From the NCBI GenBank assembly GCA_043820105.1, contig JBDREC010000034.1, forward strand, positions 1 to 57,863: 57,863 nucleotides of DNA, given 5' to 3'. Position numbers and translations under genes: made by a program. Source of the DNA: Pseudomonadota bacterium (lineage in GTDB: Bacteria; Bdellovibrionota_F; JAHFAK01; JBDREC01). Positions within the stretch are counted from its first letter, which is position 1. Each line of letters begins with the position of its first letter. The notes beneath the pieces are model-generated. The model searched no databases, was not told where the DNA came from, and worked only from the letters and a program-made list of their open reading frames with translations. Positions 37,349 through 47,860 of this stretch are shown piece after piece.

Positions 37349-39595
37349 ATGAAATCAAAAATAATTGAAATTCTAATTACACTAATAGCTTTTTGCTTTC
37401 TTTTTAATCAAATTTCTGCATTAACTTTTTCTGGTAAGCTTGTTGATAAAGATTCGCAAGAACCCCTATCTAATGTTGATATATTTATCATTGAAAAAAA
37501 CTATAAAACAAAAACTGATCAAGATGGTAATTTTGCGATTAATGACCTTGAAGCCTCTGAATATACAGTAATAATAGATATAAATAATTATATACGTATT
37601 AAAGAGCAAATTAAACTGGAAAGTAATTTAATAAAAATCTATGAAGCCATTCCACAAGTTTATAACCTTTTTGAAACTTCAGCTATTGCAGATAAAGAAG
37701 ATCAGTTCTCTTCAAAAAAGAAGCTTTCAACAGAAGAAATCAGAAGAATTCCAGGTGTAGGAAATGACATCTTTAAGGCTCTTGAAAGCCTTCCAGGCAT
37801 AGCAAACTCAACATCAAGCTCAAAACCAGGCTCTGGAATGGGGTTTGTTGTTAGGGGATCTAATCCTGAAGACTCATATGTAAGCTTAGATGGCCATAAA
37901 ATCCCAATGCTCTATCATTTCATGGGTTTTGCTTCAGTCTTTCCAAGTTCTTTTATTGACTCTATTGATTTTGAAGCAGGAGGCTTTTCAGCAAAAGAAG
38001 GTAATGCAAGTGGTGGTATTTTTACTGCTAAATCAAGAGAAGGCATAGATAAATTAAAAATTGAAGCTGAATTTGGTTCATTTATAACTGGCGTATCGGG
38101 TGAAATCCCCATTACAGATAATCATTCACTCTTCATTGCTGGCAGAAGAAGTATGATAGACCTAATCTTACCCTTTGTGATAACCGAGGATATGGGTCTT
38201 GATTTTACAGTAATGCCTCAATTTTATGATTATCAGTTTAAGTACAATTGGGATATTAATGATAATAATTCTTTTAAATTAGTTAGCATCGGCTCATCAG
38301 ACGCCTTAGGGCTTATAAATGAGAATGCTGTTCCAGGTGAACCTGACTTTTCTGGCGAAATATATTCTAAGCAAAGCTTTTATAAAACATATGCAATTTG
38401 GGATCTGGATCTTAATAATATAAACCTTAACATATCTCCATTTCATGGTTTTGATTATATAAATTTCTCAATTGGCGAAAATAAATATTTAATTATCAAT
38501 TCGCATGAACTTGCATTACGTGGTGATTTATCTTGGGAAATGAATAAGTATAATACCCTTTCAATAGGTTTTTATCCACAATGGTGGTATTTTGACGCTG
38601 CAGTTAATTTTCCTTCACCACCAAGAGAAGGAGAAATGTTTGAATCATTTTCCCAGGCTGAAACAAGCACAGTTGATGTTGAAAATAGCTCAATTATGTT
38701 AAATGAATTTTATATTGAAGACACTCTAACTTTGTTTAATAAACTTAAAATTATACCAGGCACCAGATTTTATCATGCCTATAAATTAGGTGGAAAGGAT
38801 TTCTTTTTTGATCCTAGAATTTTATTGAAATTCTTACAAAATGATAAACTAACTTATACCTTCGCATGTGGGCAATATTCCAGAACACCTGATTATATTG
38901 AAGTTGATTCAGTTTTTGGTAATCCTGAGGTTGAACCAGAATCCAGCATTCATTATGTTGCTGGAGTTGAATATGAGATAATTGACTCACTGATATCAGA
39001 GCTTCAAGTTTACTACAATGATATGAATAAACTAATCGTAACCAGTGCAACTCCCCTTGAAAATGTTAACAATGATGGTGATGGTTATGCAACAGGATTT
39101 GAATTGTTTTTAAAGAAAGATCTAACAGATAAATTTTTTGGATGGCTAAGTTATGCTCTAACCTTTGCCAAAAGAAGAGATAATCCAAATGAAGAATATA
39201 GGTCTTTTGATTTTGATCAAACCCATTCTTTTAATCTAATTGCAAGTTATAAGCTTAATGAAAAGTGGGAATTCGGTGGCAAAATTAGATACAACACCAA
39301 TAATCCGGAAACACCTGTTACAGGCTCTTATTATGACGCTGATTATTCTGCATATTATCCCATATATAGCGATGATACAAATTCTGAAAGACTGCCATAT
39401 TACTTGGAAGTTGATCTTAGAGTTGATAGAATTTTCAGGTTTAAACATTGGATGCTTGACCTTTATTTGGATATTATTAATGCAAACTATAGATCAAATG
39501 TAATTGGAAAAACATATAATTATGATTATACAGAGTGGGAACATACTAAGTTGATACCGATTTATCCGTCTATGGGGTTTATTGCTACTTTTTAG
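37349..39595 (+). CDS. TonB-dependent outer-membrane receptor
   Basis: Signal peptide, carboxypeptidase-regulatory-like N-domain, plug (LPG..VRG..N..DG), beta-barrel, terminal Phe. Confidence 0.92.
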   Translation: MKSKIIEILITLIAFCFLFNQISALTFSGKLVDKDSQEPLSNVDIFIIEKNYKTKTDQDGNFAINDLEASEYTVIIDINNYIRIKEQIKLESNLIKIYEAIPQVYNLFETSAIADKEDQFSSKKKLSTEEIRRIPGVGNDIFKALESLPGIANSTSSSKPGSGMGFVVRGSNPEDSYVSLDGHKIPMLYHFMGFASVFPSSFIDSIDFEAGGFSAKEGNASGGIFTAKSREGIDKLKIEAEFGSFITGVSGEIPITDNHSLFIAGRRSMIDLILPFVITEDMGLDFTVMPQFYDYQFKYNWDINDNNSFKLVSIGSSDALGLINENAVPGEPDFSGEIYSKQSFYKTYAIWDLDLNNINLNISPFHGFDYINFSIGENKYLIINSHELALRGDLSWEMNKYNTLSIGFYPQWWYFDAAVNFPSPPREGEMFESFSQAETSTVDVENSSIMLNEFYIEDTLTLFNKLKIIPGTRFYHAYKLGGKDFFFDPRILLKFLQNDKLTYTFACGQYSRTPDYIEVDSVFGNPEVEPESSIHYVAGVEYEIIDSLISELQVYYNDMNKLIVTSATPLENVNNDGDGYATGFELFLKKDLTDKFFGWLSYALTFAKRRDNPNEEYRSFDFDQTHSFNLIASYKLNEKWEFGGKIRYNTNNPETPVTGSYYDADYSAYYPIYSDDTNSERLPYYLEVDLRVDRIFRFKHWMLDLYLDIINANYRSNVIGKTYNYDYTEWEHTKLIPIYPSMGFIATF

Positions 39596-39634
39596 AAAGA
39601 GAACAAGGGAACAAGCAGAAGGAAATATATTAAA

Positions 39635-40297
39635 ATGAAAAAAGTTATCTTGCTTATTATATATGCTGTTTTATTTAGTTGTGGCTCGGACTTTGAAAAT
39701 TTTGAAATGATTTCTAAGTTAAGAGTTATTGGAGTAAAGGCTGATAAACCTGAGATTAATGCTGGTGACATAGTTACCTTAGAAGCACTGGCTGTTAATC
39801 CTGCAGATACGGAAACTGCAATAACATATACCTGGTCAGCTTCTGCTGGCACGATTACAGGAAGTGAAAACACCGCCTCATTAGTTACTGATTCCACTTT
39901 AACTGAAAACATTATTGTTACACTCGTTGTAGCTCAAGCAGCAAGCACAATAACTGTATACAAAGATATTTATCTTTCAGCAGATGATATCTTAAACACA
40001 AATCCTGATATTACTGCAATTACTATAGACGATGCAAATCCTGAAACAGAAGAACTAACAATTTCAGTTAATGAAGAATATACAATTAAAATGATAATAG
40101 ACGAACAAACCGTTGAAGATTCTGACAGCTTTTTATATCAATGGTTTGTTACATATGGGGAATTTAGTGATACTAATGATTTAAGTGACAAATGGACAGC
40201 ACCAGAAGAAGCTAAAGATGTGACCTTTTATGCTGTTGCTATGGATGCCTCTGGAGGAAATGACTGGTATTCATTAACTGTTAGCGTGACTGATTGA
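39635..40297 (+). CDS. Lipoprotein with Ig/PKD-like domains, associated with the TBDR
   Basis: Lipobox LFSC; LRVIGVKADKPE; YTWSASAG. Confidence 0.75.
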   Translation: MKKVILLIIYAVLFSCGSDFENFEMISKLRVIGVKADKPEINAGDIVTLEALAVNPADTETAITYTWSASAGTITGSENTASLVTDSTLTENIIVTLVVAQAASTITVYKDIYLSADDILNTNPDITAITIDDANPETEELTISVNEEYTIKMIIDEQTVEDSDSFLYQWFVTYGEFSDTNDLSDKWTAPEEAKDVTFYAVAMDASGGNDWYSLTVSVTD

Positions 40298-40301
40298 ATT
40301 A

Positions 40302-40400
40302 AATTGAAAATTGAAAATTGATTTTTGATTATTTATTGTTTTTAATTAAGTTAGCTTTTTAAAATAATCAATAATCAATAATTAATAATTAATTTTCAAT
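40302..40400. repeat. Inverted heptamer tandem repeats (AATTGAA-like / ATAATCA-like)
   Basis: 7-nt periodic arms of opposite orientation in the intergenic space. Confidence 0.75.
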
Positions 40401-40415
40401 GATAATGGAGATACA

Positions 40416-41216
40416 ATGCTGAAAATTGTTTCGATTTTTATTTTAGTTGTTTTCAACTTAGCCCTTGCCTCCACAGAACAAGAAAAGAAGATTAAGCTTG
40501 AGAATGAAGAACTGAAATTAAAAATTATCACAGAACAAAAGCTCTACGATAAAGAATTAGCTGAATTTAAAGATTTTAGGATTAATCGACAAAAGCGAAT
40601 TGAAGATCAGGAAAATGAAAACAATAAAATTAAAAATGAAATTGATATTTTAAAAAACAAAATCTCTGGTCTAAAAGCAAAAAAATCAAGTACAATTGAT
40701 CAAGCTCAAAATAAGACTCAATACTTAAAAGCATTTTCTGATATGCTCCTTGAAAATCTTTTAAACTTAAAAACTATTATTAATCAGTCAATGCCATATC
40801 ATCTAAAAACAAGAACAGCTTCAATAGAATCATTAATTTCAGATATAAAAGCATCTAGGATTTCAGAAAATGAAGCTTTTTCTAGATTAAAAAAAATCCT
40901 TGATACAGAGAAAAGATATCAAACAGACAGTGAAGTTTATACAAGTGATATTCTGCAAGAAAATGGTGAGGCTTTAAATGTCAAAATTTTGAGAATCGGC
41001 TCAGTTTTCATGGCTTATTATTCAATGGAAAACAAAACTGCAGCTATCCTTGATAAAAAAACAGAAGGTCCAATAAGCAATTGGGCTTGGAATAATAACT
41101 TATCATTTGATCAAAAACGACAAATCAAACAAGCAATTCAAATTTTAGAAGGAAAAAGAAAACCAAGCTTAATAATGTTACCTCTAAACTTAGATAATAT
41201 TGAGGTGACCCAATGA
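40416..41216 (+). CDS. DUF3450/TtpB-like periplasmic coiled-coil protein
   Basis: Signal peptide, coiled coil, MPY..R, LRIG, LPL; TonB operon context. Confidence 0.7.
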   Translation: MLKIVSIFILVVFNLALASTEQEKKIKLENEELKLKIITEQKLYDKELAEFKDFRINRQKRIEDQENENNKIKNEIDILKNKISGLKAKKSSTIDQAQNKTQYLKAFSDMLLENLLNLKTIINQSMPYHLKTRTASIESLISDIKASRISENEAFSRLKKILDTEKRYQTDSEVYTSDILQENGEALNVKILRIGSVFMAYYSMENKTAAILDKKTEGPISNWAWNNNLSFDQKRQIKQAIQILEGKRKPSLIMLPLNLDNIEVTQ

Positions 41217-42676
41217 AGATATTAGTAAGTATTCTTTTATTAACTGCACTTTTTCTTCTTATTTCAACTTTTTCTTTTACAATTGATAATCTTGAAAACC
41301 TTAATATTGAGAATAAAAAGCTTCAAGCTCAATTTGATCAACTCCAGATTAACAGGTGGCAAGACAAAAAAAAGTCAGTAGATTATAAAGAAGAAACAAG
41401 TGATGAACTTGAAAAACTTGAAGACAATCTTACTATGCTAATTAATGAAAAAAATCGTTTAGAAGAAAACTATGCTAAATTACAGATTGATATTAGCCAA
41501 AGCAATGAAGAATTAAGGGAAATCGAGGAATCAGCAAAACTTGTTTTACTAGATGAAAAACAAAGGATTCAGACCATAAAAAGTGAACTCAAACTATCTT
41601 TTCCTATTAAAATAAATGAAAGAATGATTGCATATAGTGAGATAGAAAAATTTATTGAGGAAAGCAAACAAAACGCTGATACCATTATAACTGAAGCAGG
41701 TGATAGAATAATAAAACAAGAAACAGCAGAAATAGATGAAGCAAATAAAGCAGTTCTTTTCAAGGACAATCTTTTACATAATAACAATCTCATTGGAGGA
41801 AGAAAAATAAGACTTGGAAACATTTTCCTAGGTTTCGTTTCAAAAGACTTTAAAGAAGTTTTCTTAGTACTAAGAACAGGAAAAGCTTCAGGTGAAACAT
41901 ATTCCTTTAGAAGTGATATTGCCTCCTCTTCCAAAGATGCATTAATAACTTTAATGTCTAGAATTGATTCTAATGAAAAAGGTCTAAGTTCTCTTCCCTT
42001 TGATGCAACTCAGAAAAAGGCTGTAGGTCTTGGATTTACAACAGAAGGAAATGTTGGATTTATTGAACAAGCAAAAAGATTTTTATTTTCAGGCGGTCCA
42101 ATTATGTATCCTCTTTTGCTTATTGCTTTGATAGCCTTAATCTTTGTTATTGAACGCTATTTTTATTTAATATTAAACAATAGCAATCAGGTTAAAATAA
42201 TTGATGGAATAATGACTCATGTAAGAAATAAAGATATTGATAGAACAATAAAATATCTCAAAACAAAAGAAGGTATTTTAGCAAAATTTTTAATTTCAAT
42301 TATTGATGACAATGAAGCCTTAAATAATATTAATAAAATGGAGAAAAAAATTGAGGAAAAGGCTTCAATATATATAAGCAAACTTGAAAAAAGACTTTCA
42401 ACTTTGTCAGTTCTTGGAACAATTGCACCACTTCTTGGACTTTTAGGAACAGTTGCTGGAATGATTTCCTTATTTGAAGTTATCACTTCATATGGAACAT
42501 CTGATCCCAAGTTATTAGCTGGCGGAATTTCAGAAGCTCTAATAACAACAGAAACTGGTTTGATTATTGCTATACCCATAATACTTGCACACAATTTCCT
42601 TTCAAATAAGGCTGATAAAATAATTAATGATATTCATGTATCAGCTATGGCGATTTTGGGAGTGTTTAAAAAATAA
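41213..42676 (+). CDS. TtpC-like long MotA/TolQ/ExbB protein
   Basis: Periplasmic N-domain plus APLLGLLGTV.GMI and GGISEALITT. Confidence 0.85.
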   Translation: MKILVSILLLTALFLLISTFSFTIDNLENLNIENKKLQAQFDQLQINRWQDKKKSVDYKEETSDELEKLEDNLTMLINEKNRLEENYAKLQIDISQSNEELREIEESAKLVLLDEKQRIQTIKSELKLSFPIKINERMIAYSEIEKFIEESKQNADTIITEAGDRIIKQETAEIDEANKAVLFKDNLLHNNNLIGGRKIRLGNIFLGFVSKDFKEVFLVLRTGKASGETYSFRSDIASSSKDALITLMSRIDSNEKGLSSLPFDATQKKAVGLGFTTEGNVGFIEQAKRFLFSGGPIMYPLLLIALIALIFVIERYFYLILNNSNQVKIIDGIMTHVRNKDIDRTIKYLKTKEGILAKFLISIIDDNEALNNINKMEKKIEEKASIYISKLEKRLSTLSVLGTIAPLLGLLGTVAGMISLFEVITSYGTSDPKLLAGGISEALITTETGLIIAIPIILAHNFLSNKADKIINDIHVSAMAILGVFKK

Positions 42677-43143
42677 TGTTAGAATTCATATACGAATCTT
42701 TAATAACTGGTGGTTTTGTAATGATACCAATAGGCATAGTTTCTATTTATGGTTGGTATTTGGCACTAGTTTCTTTCAGAAAATTAGGCTGGCAAAATAA
42801 AAACACTTTTTTAAACAAACAAAAAATACTCAAAAATCCTGAAAAATTAATTTCCATTATTTTTGTACTTAAAAAAGAAATCCCTACAATATCTTTGCTT
42901 GGCAAAATATGCCCTCTTCTTGGCCTACTCGGAACAGTTGTTGGGATGATTACAACTTTTGATGTTATTACTGATTTTGGTTCAGGAAATCCCATATTAA
43001 TGTCAAAAGGAATCTCTGAAGCTCTAATTACAACACAAACTGGTCTACTGGCCGCCCTTCCACTGATTATCTGGGCAAATTATCTTAAAGGACAAGTGAA
43101 TAGAATTGAAAAGTGTTTAGAATATGATTGTGACAATTATTAA
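42676..43143 (+). CDS. exbB: ExbB/TolQ proton channel protein
   Basis: PLLGLLGTVVGMI, GISEALITT. Confidence 0.88.
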   Translation: MLEFIYESLITGGFVMIPIGIVSIYGWYLALVSFRKLGWQNKNTFLNKQKILKNPEKLISIIFVLKKEIPTISLLGKICPLLGLLGTVVGMITTFDVITDFGSGNPILMSKGISEALITTQTGLLAALPLIIWANYLKGQVNRIEKCLEYDCDNY

Positions 43144-43155
43144 AAGGATTGTAAA

Positions 43156-43566
43156 ATGGCTGTAAGTGTATTTACCAGAAAACAAAAACAAGCAGTAGAA
43201 TTTAATATTGCACCACTTCTTGATATGGTTTTTATACTTTTAATTTTTTTTGTGGTAACAACGACTTTTGTAAGAGAAACAGGCATTGAAATCAAAAAAC
43301 CAAAAGCTACATCTGCCAATGAAGTTGTTTCAAAACATGTGTTAATTGGAGTTTCACAAGAGGGAACAATTCACATGTACGAAAACCAAATTGATTTATA
43401 TTCATTAAAATCAATTTTAAAAAATGTTGTAAGCGATAACCCAGAAATAAAAATTGTCATTGTTTCTGACAGGCAGGCGCCTTCTGGTGTTATTGTAGAT
43501 ATATTAGATGAATGCAATTTAGCTGGCGTCAATGACGTTGCTATTAGTGCTATGAAGGAAGAATGA
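43156..43566 (+). CDS. exbD: ExbD/TolR
   Basis: NIAPLLDMVFILLIFF. Confidence 0.92.
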   Translation: MAVSVFTRKQKQAVEFNIAPLLDMVFILLIFFVVTTTFVRETGIEIKKPKATSANEVVSKHVLIGVSQEGTIHMYENQIDLYSLKSILKNVVSDNPEIKIVIVSDRQAPSGVIVDILDECNLAGVNDVAISAMKEE

Positions 43567-43568
43567 GA

Positions 43569-43644
43569 TAAGTGGTAAGTGGTAAGCGGTAAGTGGTAAG
43601 TTTTTGCTTACAACACTTACGACTTATGACTTACGACTTATGAC
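43569..43644. repeat. Inverted heptamer repeats (TAAGTGG)n / (GACTTAY)n
   Basis: Seen directly between exbD and tonB. Confidence 0.8.
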
Positions 43645-43656
43645 TGAAAGAAAATA

Positions 43657-44259
43657 TTGAAATTTATTTTACTAATTATATCAATAGTGATTAACCTCAT
43701 ATTATTTTCCCTAATTCCTGGGATACGTTATGCATTTGACTCTCAGCCAAAGCAAAGAAAAGAGTTTAAATTAAATAAAGCACAAATGACTGTATATAAA
43801 AAGCCTGAAGTAAAAAAAGAGATAAGAAAAATAAGAGAAAAGAGAAAAAAGAAAGACATTAATAGGCAGAAGAAAAAACAAGATTCAAGATTCAAACTAG
43901 ATTTGGCTTTAGGAAACATGGGAAATGGTGATGGGATCAATGTAAATGGAAATGAGCCATTTGAATATGAACTACATCAAGTAGACACTCCACCAACCCT
44001 AATGTCAACGAATGTGGGTTTAAAATACCCCAAAAGAGCATTAAATTCTGAAATCGAGGGAATTTCAATTTTAACATGGGTTGTGGATGAAAATGGCAAT
44101 CCTATTAAAATTACAGTAATAAAAGAAGCTCCGCAAGATTATGGTTTTGCAAAAGCAAGTATTGATCTTGTAAATAAATATAGATTTAAACCAGCAATGA
44201 TTGAGGGTGTTCCTGTTAGAGTAAAGGTAAAACAACCTTTTAAATTTGAGTTGAAATAG
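43657..44259 (+). CDS. tonB: TonB energy transducer
   Basis: N-terminal TM, Lys-rich linker, YPKRA..EG..VDENG..FKPA. Confidence 0.9.
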   Translation: MKFILLIISIVINLILFSLIPGIRYAFDSQPKQRKEFKLNKAQMTVYKKPEVKKEIRKIREKRKKKDINRQKKKQDSRFKLDLALGNMGNGDGINVNGNEPFEYELHQVDTPPTLMSTNVGLKYPKRALNSEIEGISILTWVVDENGNPIKITVIKEAPQDYGFAKASIDLVNKYRFKPAMIEGVPVRVKVKQPFKFELK

Positions 44260-44275
44260 TGTGTTGCTCCCCCAA

Positions 44276-44363
44276 ATTAATTATTATTTATTAATTATTA
44301 ATTATTAATTATTGATTATTTTACCCCCCCAGAATAATCAACAATTAGTAATTAATAATTAAT
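44276..44363. repeat. Inverted heptamer repeats (TTAATTA-like)
   Basis: 7-nt periodic arms flanking a C-run. Confidence 0.65.
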
Positions 44364-45405
44364 GCTTTTTAAATTGGATTTCATGAAAAACTTTGTGATT
44401 AAAATTATATTCTTTTTATTCATCCTAAGCCTCCCCACACCTGCATCCACAAACAAAACACACATTGACAAAGGAAACTCCTATTACAAAAACCAGAAAT
44501 TCGAAAAAGCAATTTATGAATATAAACTAGCGATTACAAACAATGAAAATAAGGCAATTTGTTATTTTAATATAGCTAATAGCTATTATTTACAAAACAA
44601 TATTCCCAGGGCAATAGTTAATTATAAAAAAGTGATAAAGCATGCACCTTTTTTTGTTAAACCTTACTTAAATTTAAGCAAAATATATTTGCTTTACAAA
44701 AGAACAGGTGAAGCGATTAACATACTTGAAAAGGCATTTGAAATAGATAAGTCTAATTATGAAATTCCGTTATTATTAGGAGAAGCCTATTTTGAATCAA
44801 GTGATAATTTCAAAGCATTAAAAGCATATGATCAAGCCCTAAAATTAAATCCCAAAAGCGATGAAGTTTTTTATAAAATAGCTGAAGTTTACTTAAAATT
44901 AAAGGACTATGAGTCTGCTTATACTATTATCAAACGTGGGATAGACAGCCTGGAAAACCCAAGTGGCCTTTATTTTTATTTGGGAGATCTTTATTTTGAC
45001 AATGAAAAATACAAAAAGGCAATAGTCTACTATAACAAGGGACTTGGACAGAAGTCTGAGGATACGTATATTTACTATAAATTAGCCATCTGTTATGAAA
45101 ATGATGAACAAATTTTTAATGCTATAAATATTTTAATAAAATCTCTACTTAAAGATAATAACTTTTATAATGCTCATATTTATTTAGGTCAATTATATGA
45201 AAAACAAGGAAGACTTGAACTTGCATTTGCTGCTTACAAAAGTGCGGCTAAAATTAAAACTCTTTCTACTATTTCCTCTCTAATAAACCTGGGTCACAAA
45301 TACTACAACAAAACAATGAACCAAAAAGCAATGGAAGTTTACAAATTCACCTACAGCTTGGATCCAAGTAATCCAATCCTATCACAAATCATAAAATCGA
45401 ATTAA
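44362..45405 (+). CDS. TPR-repeat protein (TtpD-like position)
   Basis: Multiple TPR repeats, signal peptide. Confidence 0.85.
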   Translation: MLFKLDFMKNFVIKIIFFLFILSLPTPASTNKTHIDKGNSYYKNQKFEKAIYEYKLAITNNENKAICYFNIANSYYLQNNIPRAIVNYKKVIKHAPFFVKPYLNLSKIYLLYKRTGEAINILEKAFEIDKSNYEIPLLLGEAYFESSDNFKALKAYDQALKLNPKSDEVFYKIAEVYLKLKDYESAYTIIKRGIDSLENPSGLYFYLGDLYFDNEKYKKAIVYYNKGLGQKSEDTYIYYKLAICYENDEQIFNAINILIKSLLKDNNFYNAHIYLGQLYEKQGRLELAFAAYKSAAKIKTLSTISSLINLGHKYYNKTMNQKAMEVYKFTYSLDPSNPILSQIIKSN

Positions 45406-45496
45406 TCCTCTTAAAATTATTTTTTAAGTTAAAATGAGTGAATACTTTACAAATAAATGATAAAATTGGAAATACTTGTCGCGATAAAAATGCTAA

Positions 45497-46615
45497 CTAG
45501 ATTGCTCTTGATTTTTCTTCAATTGATTTTAGAAGTGAGTTAAATGAAGCAACAAAGGAAACAAGGCCTTTGTCTAAAAGATCATTACAAACTGTATTTA
45601 TATTGATTCCATAATTATTTAAAGTTTCAAAATAGATTTTATATTCGGTATAATCAGATTCAATTGTATTACAAACCTTACCATGATCGATAAAAGCTGC
45701 TAAAGTTTTATCAGGGACAGTGTTCACAGTATTTGGAGCAATCACTTCTTGAACATATAAGATATCACTATATGAAGGATTCTTAGTTCCTGTGGAAGCC
45801 CAAAGTGCTCGCTGCCAATTAGCACCTTTTGCTTCTAAATCTTTAAATTCATCTTGTGAAAAAACCTCAATATATTTTTCATGAACAAGCTTAGTATTAG
45901 CAATTGCTGCTTTTCCCATATAAGATGCGATCTGATCTTTTTTTGTTTCTTCAACTTCACCCAATTTTTTCTCAAGCATATTATCAATAACACCATCAAT
46001 CCTTGATACAAAAACTGAAGCAACAGAATGAACACTCTTTGCATCTTTTCCAGATGCGATTAATTTTTTAACACCATTGATATAGCTTTTGGCAGTTTTT
46101 TCATATTGAGCAACTGAAAAGATCAAGGTTGCATTTACATTCATGCCTTCTGAAATTAAAGTTTCGATTGCATCAAAACCTTCATCAGTTGCAGGCACTT
46201 TGAGCATTAGGTTTAGTCTATTACCCTTTGCCCAAAGGCGTCTGCCCTCTTCTATTGTTTCCTTTGTTTTTTGAGCAAGAGTTGGGTTTATTTCAAGGCT
46301 GATATAACCGTCTCTTTTATTAGTTGATTCATAAACAGGCATTAAAAGGTCAGCTGCATCTTGAATATCTTTTACTGTCAATTCATCATAGATTTCAAAT
46401 GTTGACTTGCCTAAACCTGAAAGCCTTTTTATTTCTTCATCATAATCATTTGACTTTGATACTGCATTATCAAAAATTGTAGGATTTGAAGTCATTCCCA
46501 TAAGACCTTGAGCAATTAATGTTTTTAATTCACCAGAATCAAGCAATGATCTTGAAATAGTATCAAGCCATAAAGATTGGCCAAATTCAGCAATTTCTTT
46601 CATCTTAAAAGTCAT
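45497..46615 (-). CDS. tal: Transaldolase
   Basis: GQSLWLD, TSNPTIF, LKVPAT, NATLIFS, SVFVSRID, LWASTGTK. Confidence 0.95.
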   Translation of the reverse strand: MTFKMKEIAEFGQSLWLDTISRSLLDSGELKTLIAQGLMGMTSNPTIFDNAVSKSNDYDEEIKRLSGLGKSTFEIYDELTVKDIQDAADLLMPVYESTNKRDGYISLEINPTLAQKTKETIEEGRRLWAKGNRLNLMLKVPATDEGFDAIETLISEGMNVNATLIFSVAQYEKTAKSYINGVKKLIASGKDAKSVHSVASVFVSRIDGVIDNMLEKKLGEVEETKKDQIASYMGKAAIANTKLVHEKYIEVFSQDEFKDLEAKGANWQRALWASTGTKNPSYSDILYVQEVIAPNTVNTVPDKTLAAFIDHGKVCNTIESDYTEYKIYFETLNNYGININTVCNDLLDKGLVSFVASFNSLLKSIEEKSRAI

Positions 46616-46689
46616 CTTTGCCTCCGCATATGTAGATTTGATTAGTATGGGAAGCTAATATTATATTTGGAAGTAAATTGCAATATTAA

Positions 46690-46890
46690 ATTCAAAATTC
46701 AAAATTCAAGATTCAAGATTAAAATCTAACATTAAAATCAATTATAATTCCTGATAATAATAGTATGATGGATTAAAACATTAGTTTAGAATAGATTTTT
46801 ATATTCATTTTTTTGTATAGATACTAGTAAATTCCGTGTACTATACCTTACTTAAGTTAATTTTGAATTTTGAATCTTGAATTTTGAATT
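46690..46890. repeat. Inverted heptamer repeats (ATTCAAR)n ... (TYTTGAA)n
   Basis: Arms at ~46690-46724 and ~46860-46890 are complementary. Confidence 0.8.
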
Positions 46891-46893
46891 ATT

Positions 46894-47697
46894 TTAACAA
46901 TCATCCAATTCATCAATAGCATCAATATTTAATGGATCACTGAAATCAGTAATTGTAATATCATCATCATATGAGTGGAAATCAACAACTGCTGAAACTT
47001 CAAGTGTAAATTCATTGTCAACATAAGTATTGCTATAATAACCACTAGTATCATTCCATTCATCATCAGCTGAATCGAAAACTTTTGAATCTATATAACA
47101 ATTAACATATGATCCACTTTTTTTACATTTATAGCTGGCTCCATTACCTGAGGAACTAAAATTAAACTCAACTTCATCATCCTCATCTTCTGGTGCTTCG
47201 ATGTTTTCATCTGTAACCCAATTTTGCGTTTCAGTCCAACTACTATTGTTGATATCAATTAAAACATACTGATACTCTCTTGTTGGAACTTCCTGGGCAA
47301 AAGTATATCTATGAACTTTGATAACATACATATCATAATCATTTATAATTTTCCATTTTAATTTAGTTGCTGTTGCTCCATCACTATAACCATTTGACAC
47401 AACTACCTCATAAGTTATCATATCATAAACTGTCTCACCATAAGAATCCCAGGTAGATAAACATGCAGACAAAGCATAATCAATGGTATCATCATCAGCA
47501 TCATTTTCAGCATCACCATCATCTTCTGGAGCATTTTCATCAACGTCATCATCATCATCTGAATCATTATCATCGTCATCATCTTCAACCTGTGTTTGAT
47601 CCTGACTTTCTACATTATCTCCAAAACAACCCATAAGATTTGATAGACCAAATATTATGATTAATAAAAGAATTAATAACCTTAATGATATTTTCAT
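46894..47697 (-). CDS. Acidic lipoprotein, hypothetical
   Basis: GGAGGG RBS, lipobox LMGC, poly-Asp tract. Confidence 0.7.
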   Translation of the reverse strand: MKISLRLLILLLIIIFGLSNLMGCFGDNVESQDQTQVEDDDDDNDSDDDDDVDENAPEDDGDAENDADDDTIDYALSACLSTWDSYGETVYDMITYEVVVSNGYSDGATATKLKWKIINDYDMYVIKVHRYTFAQEVPTREYQYVLIDINNSSWTETQNWVTDENIEAPEDEDDEVEFNFSSSGNGASYKCKKSGSYVNCYIDSKVFDSADDEWNDTSGYYSNTYVDNEFTLEVSAVVDFHSYDDDITITDFSDPLNIDAIDELDDC

Positions 47698-47764
47698 TTT
47701 TCCCTCCACAAATATTTTCTTAAATTAAAATATTAAGTGTTAATTTTATATACATTAATATAAT

Positions 47765-47780
47765 TGCACTTTTTGTGCCA
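47765..47780 (-). promoter_or_regulatory. sigma54 promoter TGGCACAAAAAGTGCA
   Basis: TGGCAC -24 element and GG-N10-GC upstream of 47697. Confidence 0.75.
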
Positions 47781-47860
47781 AACAGGGTAAGCACTATTTT
47801 CTCTTTATATTTAGGTACTTACCAAACGAAGAATTGTTTTTTATGTTAAAGGTGTAAATT

